64,000 bases of DNA from Lytechinus pictus. Its lineage: Eukaryota. The first letter of the stretch is position 1. Every line of letters starts with the position of its first letter. Location of the stretch: NCBI RefSeq assembly GCF_037042905.1, contig NC_087251.1, positions 10,418,001 to 10,482,000 on the forward strand, read 5' to 3'. Below, piece after piece: positions 27,616 to 39,500 of the stretch. A program made the position numbers and the translations under genes. The notes under the pieces are model-generated. The model searched no databases and was not told the origin of the DNA. It saw nothing but the letters and a program-made list of their open reading frames with translations.

Positions 27616-27900
27616 AGCTTTCGGGAGGGGAGGCTCAACTTCAAAAGGATATTACAGAACTCCAAATATATAAGAGTGCTTCAAGCAAGTAAGCCCGACA
27701 TATTGATTTTAGATTTGGGTACCAATGATTTATGTTCTCAGGACCCATTGACTGTACTGGTACATTTTCTACAGTTTAAAGATGGTTTGAGGGGAATGGG
27801 AGTTGCCCCAGCAGTAATTTTTGTCCTCCCAGTCCTCCCAAGGACTCGGGCGTACACAGGTTCAGCTCTTTCCCTCTCGGAATATAATCTCCGTGTGGAT
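27616..27900 (+). pseudogene. SGNH/GDSL hydrolase fragment, as carried by Ngaro/DIRS-like retroelements
   Basis: PDILILDLGTNDL (block III), VLPVLPR and YNLRV. Confidence 0.7.
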
Positions 27901-27977
27901 TAGTGATCATTGATTATATGATGTATAATTGTTTGATTTTCTTGATTGATTCTTGATAGATTTTGCAATGAATTAAT

Positions 27978-29740
27978 AAGCGAGTTCACAGATACACTCG
28001 GCGATTTCTGACGTCACGGCTCGAGAGGTCATTGGAGACCCAAAATGCGATCGTGCTTGCCGACGATAACGAGAAAGGTCATACTCGTCCGTGGGCCGCT
28101 CGGAACATGTACAAAACGAATGTAAATTGCGCGTGCCGTTATTAATAACAAACCAGTGTTTGTAGCTTTCTTTCTGAATTCCAGTGAATGAACTTTTCAT
28201 CAATATCATCGATTATTCATCTCCATTTCTCCGTAATTCCTGCAATGGCTGACGAAACAGAGGTATCGATAGATGAGATACGGCTTTGGACAGTGAGCGC
28301 CCTGAAAGACTTTCTTCAGAGCAGAAATCTCAAGGTTTCTGGTCAAAAAGACGAGTTGGTCGCTCTCGTGTATGCTGCCAAGATCATGCCAGGTATCGCA
28401 CCGCCGGCCACCAGCGCAGCCGAAGCTGAGGCAGAGAAGAAAGGGGAATATGCCGATCTTCTGAAAACTCCAACTGGGACAATACCGGATCCCCAAAACT
28501 TGTTAAATTGGGAATCAGAGGAGGAAGGTGTAAAGAAGTGGCCTCCAACAATGGCCTTTGACATCGGAGACTATCTGAACAATATTGACGATGTTGACTT
28601 GAGAACCAGACTGATGGCCAACTACAAGTACCAGAAAGCATATTCTTATTTCGCGTCGGGTTGGATAGGGGAGGTAGAGTACAACGAAATCAGTCATGAC
28701 AATAAATATCGTGCATTAAGAGCAGAGTGTACTCCATCCCAACGGATCCGAGATATTCCATGGAAAGTGTGGGTTTCGATTGAAAAGAAGAGTGGGAAAA
28801 TTCACTGTACTTACTGTACATGCTTAGCCGGGTGAGTGTTTGTGATTCTTTGTATATATCTAGATCTACAGTTTGGTAAATGTTGCAGAAACGTCAGGAT
28901 CAGGGAATCAGTGAATATAACAAATTGTAATATTATCATGTAACAATAAACAACTGTAGTCACTAGACTTAGTCTGTGAGTCTATGAAATATTTATGGTT
29001 TAATCAGTGTGTAGAAATATGTCTACGACGACTATCAGCATTTGAAGAAAAAAAATTGCCGCTGGAAAATCTTCAAACCCATGAATTCAACAATAAATAC
29101 ACTTGTTTCATAGTTCCTGGTTTTTCATTGTCAAAAATAGCTATGAAGAAATCCATGTACTTACATTTTGTATTTTTTTTTTCATTTCTTTTTTCTGCAG
29201 GTTCAGCAAAACTTGCAATCATATTGCCGCCCTACTGTTCAAAGTAGATTTTGCTTGGAGACATGGTTTGAACAATCCTGCCTGTACATCACTGCCATGT
29301 CAATGGTCTGCTTTTAGTGGACGACGTGCTTTTCAGCCCAAACGGATGAGCGAATTGATGTGGACTAAACCGCAGTTCTCCAAGCAAGGTATGGCCTCAT
29401 GAATGTATATTAATAACTCTTTTGAGTGTTCAGTGTGCGAATCTGCAAATATTCGTAAAGATAAATTGAACAATTCAATGTTCATAATTTGTTTTCTACT
29501 CCATCTGTGAACCTTAGAAAAAATGGCTGTTCTGTATGTAACATTAATAGATATAATTACTATTATTGTTTAATTTGGAACAATTATTTGACCAGCATGA
29601 GTTACAGGAGATGTCACAATTTATCCATGCAGTAGAACATATTTTTTCTTCAAAATAACTACATGTACATTTATTTTGAGATATGATAATTAATTTTAAA
29701 ATGTACACAAAACTGGAACAACATTGATCATATTTTTTTT
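27978..29740 (+). mobile_element. One end of a DNA transposon (ISL2EU-like accessory gene side), truncated at the duplication junction
   Basis: Absent from copy B at the homologous site (~36662). It has a CpG-rich start followed by the SAP-SWIM gene; no second end was found. Confidence 0.55.
28245..29388 (+). CDS. SAP-like plus SWIM zinc-finger protein, 5' exons only (28245-28831, 29201-29388); transposon accessory protein type
   Basis: WTVSALKDFLQSRNLKVSGQKDELVALV (SAP-like). Splicing joins CTYCTCLAG|FSKTCNHIAALLF (SWIM CxC..CxH), followed by ACTSLPCQW. Splice sites are canonical and in phase. Confidence 0.8.
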
Positions 29741-30291
29741 TTAAAGAGCTCTGATTTTAATGAGCTTCTTAACATGAATTTGTAAAGAAAGTAGATTTTG
29801 TCATGAAAGAGAAAGCTGATAAATGCCACAATGTGTGTTATACACAGATAAGCAAACTGAAGATGAGAGATGAAGAAAAGAGGTTCTGGGCTTATTAAAA
29901 CAAATGTACAGTATCTATTGCAATTCAGTTTATGATCAGCCAATCAAATAGAATGATTGTTATCCTAACAAGTTTTATTAAATGGGCCCCAGGTGTTTGA
30001 CTCTACTTTTGATTGTGGGCCAATGTATTTGACAATCGCATCTTATTAGCATGACATCTTTGTTAACTGGAGTAATCACAGGTTTGTCATATTCATGCCT
30101 GGGTTAATTAAACATTTTAGAAACAAGTTGTCAAATGGCCTTCAGCATACAAGTGTACAGTTCTATGAGACAGATTGAGAGCTTGCACTTCAAAAGGGCA
30201 TAGACAGGTAGATACAACTGTAAGGCATTGGCCAATAGATGGGGCTCTCACTTTTGCTTATAATTCTAGCCTTGTAGCAAGTCAACCTTCT

Positions 30292-30755
30292 GGTCCCACG
30301 AGCCTAATTACATTGGGAAGGCATAAGATATTCATTCGACCCAACCCAAATAATTTTTTTTTAATTTGATATAGCTGATTGACAAAAATGCATGAATATG
30401 ATTGAAAATTTAACACTGATTCTAGAAATGGTAACTACTGAACTTCCTTTGCCCAAATTGGGGAGATACATAAGTGACTTGGGACTATTTTTTGACTGGC
30501 GGAAGAAATAGGGCTATTTTACTGTTTCAGTTGATGAATTTGATCCATTCATAGTTATCTTCATAAATGGCGATTTATTTTTTAAATGAGCTGGCTACGG
30601 TACCCTTTCCTGGTCAGATATGGAATGTCAGATATATATCCTATCCAATGGTAGTAAACATTCGACCCTCTAATTTCACATTTATTTTTTTGAATTTTTG
30701 AAAAGTGCCATTATAACACACAAGTCTATGGGGAATGTTTTACGCGCCTGACACC
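30292..30755 (+). repeat. Left long terminal direct repeat of family 2 (464 bp) with imperfect TIRs
   Basis: GGTCCCACGAGCCTAA ... TTACGCGCCTGACACC; nearly identical to 34783-35248. Confidence 0.95.
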
Positions 30756-31110
30756 TCTACTGGAGAATAGGAGAAAATTTCAGTTTTGGGGATGTTGCTG
30801 AAATACCTGTCAAAACTCGTCAATAGCCAATATTGTGCACTAATTTCCATGTTTAAATCATCAGGTGACGCAAAAAAGTGGAATTTGAAGGCCGTACGAC
30901 CGACGGAATGGGGCTATATGCATAATGCAGGTAAATATACTGTAGGGCCTAGGGCTAGGCCGATGCTTGTGTGTGGACAGGCCTAACTTAAAGTGCCTGT
31001 GCGTGTTCTACATCCATATCTACCGACGATTGTGATGTTGTGCTTTTCTTACGTTCGGTCGATAGGAACGTTAACACCGTTTGATAACTTGTGCTTGTGA
31101 AAAAAGAGAC

Positions 31111-31545
31111 ATGGCTGAAGTTGGAAGAGGAATGGGGAGAAGTCAATTGAAAGATCTGACTGAAGAAGAGTGGTGCGAGCACTACAGAAAAAAATTGAGA
31201 GAAAGGCACAACGGGTCTGAGGGGGACCCAATATCTATATGCTGGATATTTAATGGGAGGAGCAAGAAAGGCTCGAATTACAAATGTATCGATGTGACAA
31301 TACCGGGGATAGGCCAGACCGTGCGTGCAGCACACAGGGTGGCCTATATGACCAGTATTGCAGGGTCTTGGTCCCTGCCTCCTGAGCTTGAAGTATCTCA
31401 TTTGTGCTGTCAGCCGTCTTGTGTTAGACCAGCACATTTGATCCTTGAAAGCCATGAAGAAAACCTATCTAGACGGAATTGTAATTCTTTGCAAAGATGT
31501 CTAGGGCATGGAACCAGACCATCATGTATCTTTGAATTAGACTAA
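31111..31545 (+). CDS. His-Me finger (His-Cys box, I-PpoI-like) endonuclease, intact
   Basis: CWIFNG..AAHRVAY..VSHLCCQPSCVRPAHLILESHEENLSRRNC..C.GH...C. Confidence 0.9.
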   Translation: MAEVGRGMGRSQLKDLTEEEWCEHYRKKLRERHNGSEGDPISICWIFNGRSKKGSNYKCIDVTIPGIGQTVRAAHRVAYMTSIAGSWSLPPELEVSHLCCQPSCVRPAHLILESHEENLSRRNCNSLQRCLGHGTRPSCIFELD

Positions 31546-31885
31546 GTTACATTATAGTTAGTTGCTCCTCCCTTAGTTGGACTAAGTTAGGTCCCCCGAT
31601 CCAATTAAGGTAGGCTAGAAGTAGGCTGTCTATTATTAAGTCAGGCCTAATTTTATTTTTATGTTAGAATTTGAATGAAGAATTCTAATCTAATTTAGGC
31701 CTATAGCAGTCAAGATCTAAACACAGTGCAGGTTAGTTACTGGGCCAACAGAACAAAAATGAGTTAGGCTCACATCTAAAGTAGATCAGGTGTTGGCCTA
31801 CACTAGCATGAGACTATTCCTTGAAAATAATCATTCATCCTAGAAACCTGATTAATGTCACTTATTTCCTCTATTCTGGGAGAGT

Positions 31886-33891
31886 CTAGTCACTATCACT
31901 CTCAGTGTTCAGCAGGGTTATATCATAGCTATGATCTACATATATATGACTATGGTCTTGGTCCAACTGTCCTTTCAAATAACATTCTTTGGAGTTAATG
32001 TCCATTCGCTTTCTCTCGTACAGTCTGAACTTATATATGCGATGAACAGCTCTTGCATGCTTGACATGAATCCTCTTTGATCTGACCTTCCAATAATCCC
32101 GTCTTTTCTGCATCTCTTTCAGTCTCTTCACGACTCTGAGACAGTGGAACCTTTGCAGCTGCAGTCTTGGAGAGGATGGATGCCCCTGCTCCATTGTTGG
32201 TTAAGCTGATAGCAGAGTGGTCTCTACCTTCATAGTTTTTGGTAAAGGTTTTAGTTTGCTTGGGATGGGTGGTATTAAATGCACTATTCATCGACTCACA
32301 TTTCTGGGTTGTGCTAAGTAGCCTTGATTTGGACACAGTAGATGGGTTCAGGTGCTGCATTATAACAGTCTGAATTCGTTGGCGATCAAGCTGTGTGAAA
32401 CATGTGGTTTGTCCAACTCTGAGACTGGAGTACACAAATTCAAAGTCACCTCTACATACATTACTATTTATATGACACAATTCATGGTTTCCAGTGAAGC
32501 AGAGAATGATAGCTGGCACACATTGGCTAAAATCCACTTTTGATATATCACCTTTTTTCAATTTTGCTGCTCTCATTTCAGCCTCAACGCGGTATGCAAC
32601 GTCATCAGAAAAGTTCCTCTGCAGTTTGTGCCGGCCTGTGACATACTTTGCTGGAAATGCCTGCTTGCTAAGTTCAAGTTTACCAAGCCTTCGTGCCAAG
32701 CCTCGGTTCAGGTGAGTGTTGCACAGAAGCGGCTCTGGGTCTATATTTGCTCTTTTGTACATTACTTTCCTTATACCTCTTGCAAAGTGACCATCGCTAT
32801 CTGTGGTCACTGCTCCCACAGTTATGCTCTCTGATCCATCTAGTAGCATCTTGGCACACCGCTCTCCTCCATCCTCCTCATCTCCAATGTTTGCAGAGAG
32901 TGGTACAGTTGCAGTGCACTTTCCATGATTGGGGCATAAAGGTTTCTTTCCCTCCCTGACAAGCCTCTGCCCATGTCGACACAGTTTATTTGTTCCATTA
33001 TATGCTAGAATGTACTTTTCATGGGTTACATTTTCAGCTACTGTGTCCCTGGACTGGCTTGCTGGGGCAAAAGGGGTCTTTCGTCGAGCATGGCTTAATG
33101 GAGTATTGTATTGGCGATCAATTTCAATGTTTATGGGAGTATCCCTTGCCATTCCCCTCCATTCAAGTATATCCTTCACCCTCTTCTTCATTCGACCCAT
33201 ATCACTTTTGTTTTCTGCTATCATGATTTGTCCACACTTGTTAGCATTTCTTTGAAGGGAGCTCATTGCAGGGACAGGGGTATTCATAGAGGTAAGCATC
33301 CTTGTTACAGCTGTACCAGCAATACTGGTTTGGTAAAGACCAACTTGGAGCGCCATGTTTGGTACAGCTGCCTTCCTTCCTCTCCTGTTGCTTTCAATCT
33401 CCTTGTATAGTTTTTGGTGGGTACTCTTAAAATTGCAGTTGGTGCACTCAAACCGCTCACTTACTGCTAGTCCTCTTGACATTTTCACCCTTATCACTTA
33501 TCAACAGATTTGGAGCCAAACAAGAAGGACTACCGACTTGATGCTGACTGATCACGTTGTTGAAGCACTCTGCTAATTTCTCCATGTCCACAAAGCGATT
33601 GCCAGTGGCGTTTCCAGATAAAGATATTGGCTCTGTGAATTCTTGCAAAGGTAAACTTTCTCCCATTTTAGGGCGAAGAAGCATTACTGTTTTAACTTGT
33701 GTTTCGATAGTGCTTGACTGTAGATCACCATGGACAGAAGTTGTTCTGTTCATATCGTTGCTTGTCAGTCGCACGTAGCTGGTAGGCTTCAGCAATTCCC
33801 TTTCACATGATTGACCTTTATTCCAGGGTTGGTGTTTAACTTTAAATTGTGTCTTTTTTACTTTATTGTATGAATCTTTCCTCCTAGCCAT
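31886..33891 (-). pseudogene. Kolobok-type DDE transposase with two frameshifts (ORFs 33457-33891, 32031-33497, 31886-32194)
   Basis: CTNC; NIEIDRQYN, VTTDSDG and TQKCESMNS putative DDE motifs; CNTH. Confidence 0.85.
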
Positions 33892-34782
33892 GATGCAATG
33901 TCATCTCACCAACTGAATTTTCTTCACACTACATGATGACAAGAACAAACTGAGCAGTATGATGTTTAGATGAGATCTAAAAATCACTCCCTCTCCCCCC
34001 CATCATCTCTCTCAATCTTGTAGAAGAGTAGTTTATTTACACTCTTGTATGCACCAGTGAGTTAATCCTTCCTTTGTTCTGTTGAACCGCAGACATTTAG
34101 AATTAATAAGGTTATTATTTTATTTTACATTTGAAATCTTTTACTGGGAAGATGTGCACAGAGAATCAATGTTCAGATTTCTTCAATCACCCTCAATAGA
34201 CTTGCACAACTACCATTCAGTGTATCTCTTACTTCCTCTTTATTTCTTTCTCTCTCTCTCTCTCCTTTTTCTTGCCCCCCCCCTTCTCTTTATGTCTCCC
34301 CCTTTCCCTCTATGTCTTTCTTTCTATCTATCTATCTCTCTCTCTTTTCTCTTCATCCCATACTCCTTTCTCATTCTTTATACCATGATAATAAACTGAA
34401 GAAAAGACAAATATTTGTAATATATGTAAAAAGAAACATTATTTTATTGTTTTCTCATTTCCTTCTTATGCAAATCATGTACCAATGAGGGAGGACATTG
34501 TCTTGGGGCCTCTAGCACACAGATATGATCAGAAATTGTACATATTTACACCTTTATGTTACATAAGTATATCACTTATTACAATACATTTTTTATGAGT
34601 GTGCAGGTAGAATATTGTGTAGAGTGCCTATAAACATGTACATATATGAGTCAATTAAATGAGTCATTACTTATTACATTTGTATTTTGAGTGCAATTTA
34701 TTGTAATCATGTGACTGTACAGATGTGAAAGAACACCAAGGGGGCTGAAATAATTTTTAAAATTCTTACGTCATACATTATA

Positions 34783-35248
34783 GGTCCCACGAGCCTAATT
34801 ACATTGGGAAGGCATAAGATATTCATTCGACCCAACCCAAATAATTTTTTTTTTAATTTGATATAGCTGATTGACAAAAATGCATGAATATGATTGAAAA
34901 TTTAACACTGATTCTAGAAATGGTAACTACTGAACTTCCTTTGCCCAAATTGGGGAGATACATAAGTGACTTGGGACTATTTTTTGACTGGCGGGAGAAA
35001 TAGGGCTATTTTACTGTTTCAGTTGATGAATTTGATCCATTCATAGTTATCTTCATAAATGGCGATTTATTTTTTAAATGAGCTGGCTACGGTACCCTTT
35101 CCTGGTCAGATATGGAATGTCAGATATATATCCTATCCAATGGTAGTAAACATTCGACCCTCTAATTTCACATTTATTTTTTATGAATTTTTGAAAAGTG
35201 CCATTATAACACACAAGTCTATGGGGAATGTTTTACGCGCGTGACACC
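34783..35248 (+). repeat. Right long terminal direct repeat of family 2 (466 bp)
   Basis: Direct copy of 30292-30755. Confidence 0.95.
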
Positions 35249-35499
35249 TTCTGGACAACCTCGTACTGTAATATTGAGAGATGACGGAATAAAGCCATGT
35301 GACATTGATTAGCCCACAACTAATTACTGTCGCCAGTGAATTGTGAATCTGATTGTGAGCATGCGTTCATACTTAGTTCTGGCCTTACGACTGTCGCTTG
35401 CGTATATATATATTTATATTTATTTTGGGAGGGAGGCTTGGGAATTGAAATGTTATCGTGACGTTTCGTTCGAACTCAGATGCACGTGTGCGCTCAGAG

Positions 35500-36520
35500 G
35501 AAATGGATTCGCCCATTGACATCTGCCTCATCTGGGGGAAAAACTAAAGTGTGTGGAATAAAACTTTTATAGGCTTTTGAAATGATTAATTACAGAAGAC
35601 GAAGCGATAAGGTTTGGCCAAGATAGTGAACTCATAGCGAAGACTGTCAACTGCCCATGTTGAGGAGAAACATTAACAAAACTACAAAAACAATCAAAGT
35701 GGAAGACGTGTGAAACAACAGTTTCAGTTCAATAAGACAAAGCGCCGTGAAAAAAAAAAAAGAATGTTGTACCAATTTGACGAGGAACATGGTTTGGTAA
35801 CACAAACATTAGTTTAAGGAAATCTTTTTCGTTGATGCACTGTTTTGTGAATAAAGTCAATTATACCGACACTGTGCATGAGACATCTGTATCATCAGCA
35901 AGTTCCAGTACTAGCAACAATACTGAAACTGCAGATTTGTCAACTGAACGTGACTCAATCTTGACGAGAGACTCTACCTCAGAAGAGAAAGAGGTCATAA
36001 CAAGTTGTGAAACTATTTCAGATTATTATAGCTACTGCTAAAAAGTATGCCTTTCTTCAATTGAAAATAGACATAAAGGCAGAAAGATTGGAGGACCGGG
36101 TAGCTTTGGGGAAGGGAGGCTCAACTTAAAAAGGATATTACAGAACTCCAAATATATAAGAGTGCTTCAAGCAAGTAAGCCCGACATATTGATTTTAGAT
36201 TTGGGTACCAATGATTTATGTTCTAAGGACCCATTGACTGTACTGGTACATTTTCTACAGTTTATAGATGGTTTGAGGGGAATGGGAGTTGCCCCAGCAG
36301 TATTTTTGTCCTTCCAATCCTCCCAAGGACTCGGGCGTACACATGTTCAGCTCTTTCTCTCTCGGAATCTAATCTCCGTGTGGAAAGGTTCAACAGACTT
36401 TTGTCTGTAGTCTGCTCTAGGTTTGGGAGCACCGTTCCCTGTCGGATGCAACCCATCATATTCTTGATGGAGTGCATCTGACAGAGAGAGGGAAGGAGTT
36501 CTACATGCGTAGGGTGATAA
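35500..36520 (+). pseudogene. Copy B of the Merlin transposase relic plus SGNH hydrolase relic
   Basis: TISDYYSYC*KVC..KIGGPG, then LDLGTNDL and DGVHLTERG (SGNH block V, ~36466). Confidence 0.7.
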
Positions 36521-39500
36521 GTTTCTGTCAGACCCATTTTGGGGTTTAATTGATTTTTTATTATTGTGGGGTGAATGAAGTAAATTAGTTATCATTTATT
36601 ATATGATGTATAATTGTTTTATTTTCTTGATTGATTCTTGATTGATTTTGCAATGATTTAATTGACCCAGTTTGATTTGCCGACATGGATCATTTAACAT
36701 ATTCTTTGTATCCCTGTTATATAAGTTATAATGTAAATATCAATTATATTTGTAGGAAAATTCTGTATCAGACGGCAGGATGGTGTCAAACGGAACTGGA
36801 GGAGGCATGGGATATCTACCTCTGATGGTAGTCTTGATATCATCCCAAAGTCTTGGTAAATGGGATTTAATCAGGAACGGGTGTTACTTGTAATAATATT
36901 TTAAATGAGTTATATTTGTCCATGTGCAAGGATTTGTAAAATCAATTATTTTGGACATTTGAAACAAAATTTAAAAAAATACAGAAAAGGACAAAAACAC
37001 AATAAGTAAAAATAATAATTTTCAGGCACAGAAAGAAAGTGGAAATATTTGGTTAGATTAATTGAATTGTGGAAAGGAAGCACATTAACCCTATTCTTAG
37101 AGATTGGGGGTTAAGGAATTAAATAAGGTTTTGATATTATTATATTGGTACCTTTTACATTGCATGTACTTTGTAAATATCATTTTACGCTTGTAATTAC
37201 AAGTACAGGGCTACTGAAGGGGAGAGCACTTCATAGCTAGATGTCCGTTGGCAAGGCTTTCCGTAAATTTGGTGTGACATTTTCCTAACATGACGCTATC
37301 CACCTTGATCCTAAGTATCTTTGCTGACTTCGAAATTGGTTGGTCATTGGTATGATTTTCTTTGTAAAAAGATTTTGTGTGAGACCTTAAGTATAGGCCA
37401 AGAAACTTTTTTCTACATGTATCATTGCTATTATTGCTAATGTATATATGATGGGTAAATGTACATGTAGTATTTGATATAACTAGTTGTGCATAAAAAG
37501 TATAATGAACGTTTAATTGATGCTTAGACGTCGTCCTTTAAACTAAACATTTGAATTCATTTTTATACAGGGGTATGGAGTGTTAATCTTTGAAGGGGTG
37601 ATATCATCGATGAAGCAGCAGGATGCCTGGGTCATCCACTTCCAAATGCCTATGCGTTGACATTTCCCTCATAAGAAGCCCTCCATATCCTAATTGGAGA
37701 AGATAAAGGTATATACAGTTTATTTGCCAAAATAGAGTGATAGATTTGGCATAAATATAGAATGATATTGAAATGTTTCTATTGCTTATGACAAAAATTG
37801 TAAGTGTCATGGATGGACTTCCGTCAGTAACAACAAAACCTTTTCCCTTAATTTTTTACGATCTTATGGAACAGATCGATTCAGTAGGGGAAAGTTATAG
37901 CGGGGTGGAAATAGAGATTTGTTTGTTTTGGTAAAAAGTTTGTTTGCCTTCTTCCATTGTTTACATTCCTTCATGTGTTGATTTCAGTTGCTAGTTTTTC
38001 TGGGCCAGGCTAGTGCTTTAGATGTGGAAGTGAAAGAATGCAAACTGGCTGGGTTGCTAGGTGTTGCTAAAGGCTGTCTGGGATTTTGAATGAGTATTTT
38101 TCGGGACTTGATGGATTTGGAAGAGCTGAATTGAATACCCAATTAGAATTTATGGGCAGTCCAGCTGAACTTAAATATCTTTCTGTTCTGCTTCTGATTT
38201 CCAGTTCTACGGCTCGCTTACATTCTTCAGCGGTTATAAAGGGAGAGAGAGAGAGAGAGAGAAAGAGAATGAACAGGTGGGAGAGATAACTGAGTTGTAA
38301 GATGAAGAGTCGTAGAACGAGAGAATTGAGTGAGAGAGTGAATGAGAGAGCTGTAATGGGAGTGGTTAAAGGGTGAGAGTCGCAGAGAGAGGAAAAGTTG
38401 ATCTAGAGAGCAATTGGGGGAGTGTAAAAGGAGTTGCCTAATACTAAGTGGGAAGAATAATGGAAAGCCAAAGAACTTGAATTTGGAATCAGAGTACGCA
38501 CATTAATTAGTTTCGCTTTATACACTAATATTGCGGGCGGATTAATTTGGCGCATTACGCCAAAAGTGATAGGCCCGATTTGGTGGAAGGGTTTTCTTGC
38601 CATGTGGTGTTTGAGCCAAGAATGATAAAAGGGAGAGGGTTAAGTCGGCAGTTGGATTCTTTTCATTCGTAATTGGTTTGCTGCCGTTAGCAATGTCAGC
38701 TTAATTTTACTTAATTGTCGTCCAGCCCAGAGATGCGACGTTATTATATTGTACCAACACATTGATTTGACGTTGATTTAAAATAAACTTAATGCACAAC
38801 TTTACTTCATCCAGGCATGAGAATTGTCCCGATTTTTATCGGAATTCCGATTTTTTTTCATCAAAATCTGTGGTCACCGAGTTCGATGTGAATTTGATAT
38901 ATTTGGGGGGTAGCGAGCCACCGCGAGGCTGAATCCTTACCGGGCCGCGCCGGCGGGGAACGCACTGATCGATCCGTTGCTAGCTACGCTAGCTCAAGCA
39001 GCAACACGCACGGAGTGCGAGACTGCACCGCACACTACTTCGGTCGCACCACTGACATGAACGATGCGAGCGAAAATCGTGCGGTGGCTTTAATTCAGTC
39101 TCTAGTATCAAAATGGCGGCATCTACACCGAAGTTCGTTGATCGCGATGGGGGAGAAGCGGACCCGAAGGAGATAGATAAATCCGTCAAAAATAGATGGA
39201 ACTGGTCGTGGTGTGACCATATAATTTTGGAAGGCACTTCTGGGGGGGCGTTTCATCAACATTTCCCGTCTGACATCTTGTCAGATCCGACAACTACGTC
39301 ATCGTCTGACATCTTGTCAGAACTGACCAAAAAACCGTTTCATGAAGCTCGCAGCGGCCGTCTGACATCTTGTCAGACGGTTTTTAATTATTACATCGTA
39401 GTGAACGAGCCTACTGACCAATTAGGCTCCGCCCCAAACTAGCGGCAAAGAAAAACATTAAAAATTCTCGCGATCGTACCCTTCTGCTGCTGCTGCTGTC

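Larger units (their letters stand above)
20545..27977 (+). repeat. Segmental duplication, copy A (copy B is 29741-36662)
   Basis: Both copies start TTAAAGAGCTCTGATTTTAATGAGC and stay colinear to TTTTGCAATGA(A/T)TTAAT once copy-specific insertions and deletions are removed. Confidence 0.9.
30292..35248. mobile_element. KolobokP-type composite-like DNA transposon, family 2 (4957 bp)
   Basis: Long terminal direct repeats, TTCT TSD (30288-30291, 35249-35252) confirmed by the empty site in copy A at ~26566, and the same gene layout as family 1. Confidence 0.9.
30219..35390 (+). mobile_element. ~210-bp solo-LTR-like sequence split by the KolobokP insertion (parts 30219-30291 and 35253-35390; paralog 21599-21656 and 26555-26708)
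   Basis: TGTAAGGC ... GCCTTACGA termini with CCAAT, TTATAA and AATAAA in LTR order; no clear TSD. Confidence 0.45.
29741..36662 (+). repeat. Segmental duplication, copy B
   Basis: Colinear with 20545-27977. It lacks ~560 bp (21022-21583 of copy A) between GGCATAG/GGTATAG microhomologies and retains ~200 bp deleted from A at 27900. Confidence 0.9.

Noticed and set aside
23437..33497. Programmed frameshifting in the Kolobok transposases
   Set aside because: Frameshifts fall at non-homologous positions in the two families, which fits decay or assembly error
21657..35248. LTR retrotransposon interpretation of the two direct-repeat elements
   Set aside because: No gag, RT or integrase; termini are GG..CC rather than TG..CA; they encode a DDE transposase
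37600..38700. Short ORFs and GA-rich tracts
   Set aside because: No recognisable domain or splice structure
39270..39380. CRISPR-like palindromic repeats
   Set aside because: Irregular spacing, eukaryotic context and no cas genes; they are transposon subterminal repeats
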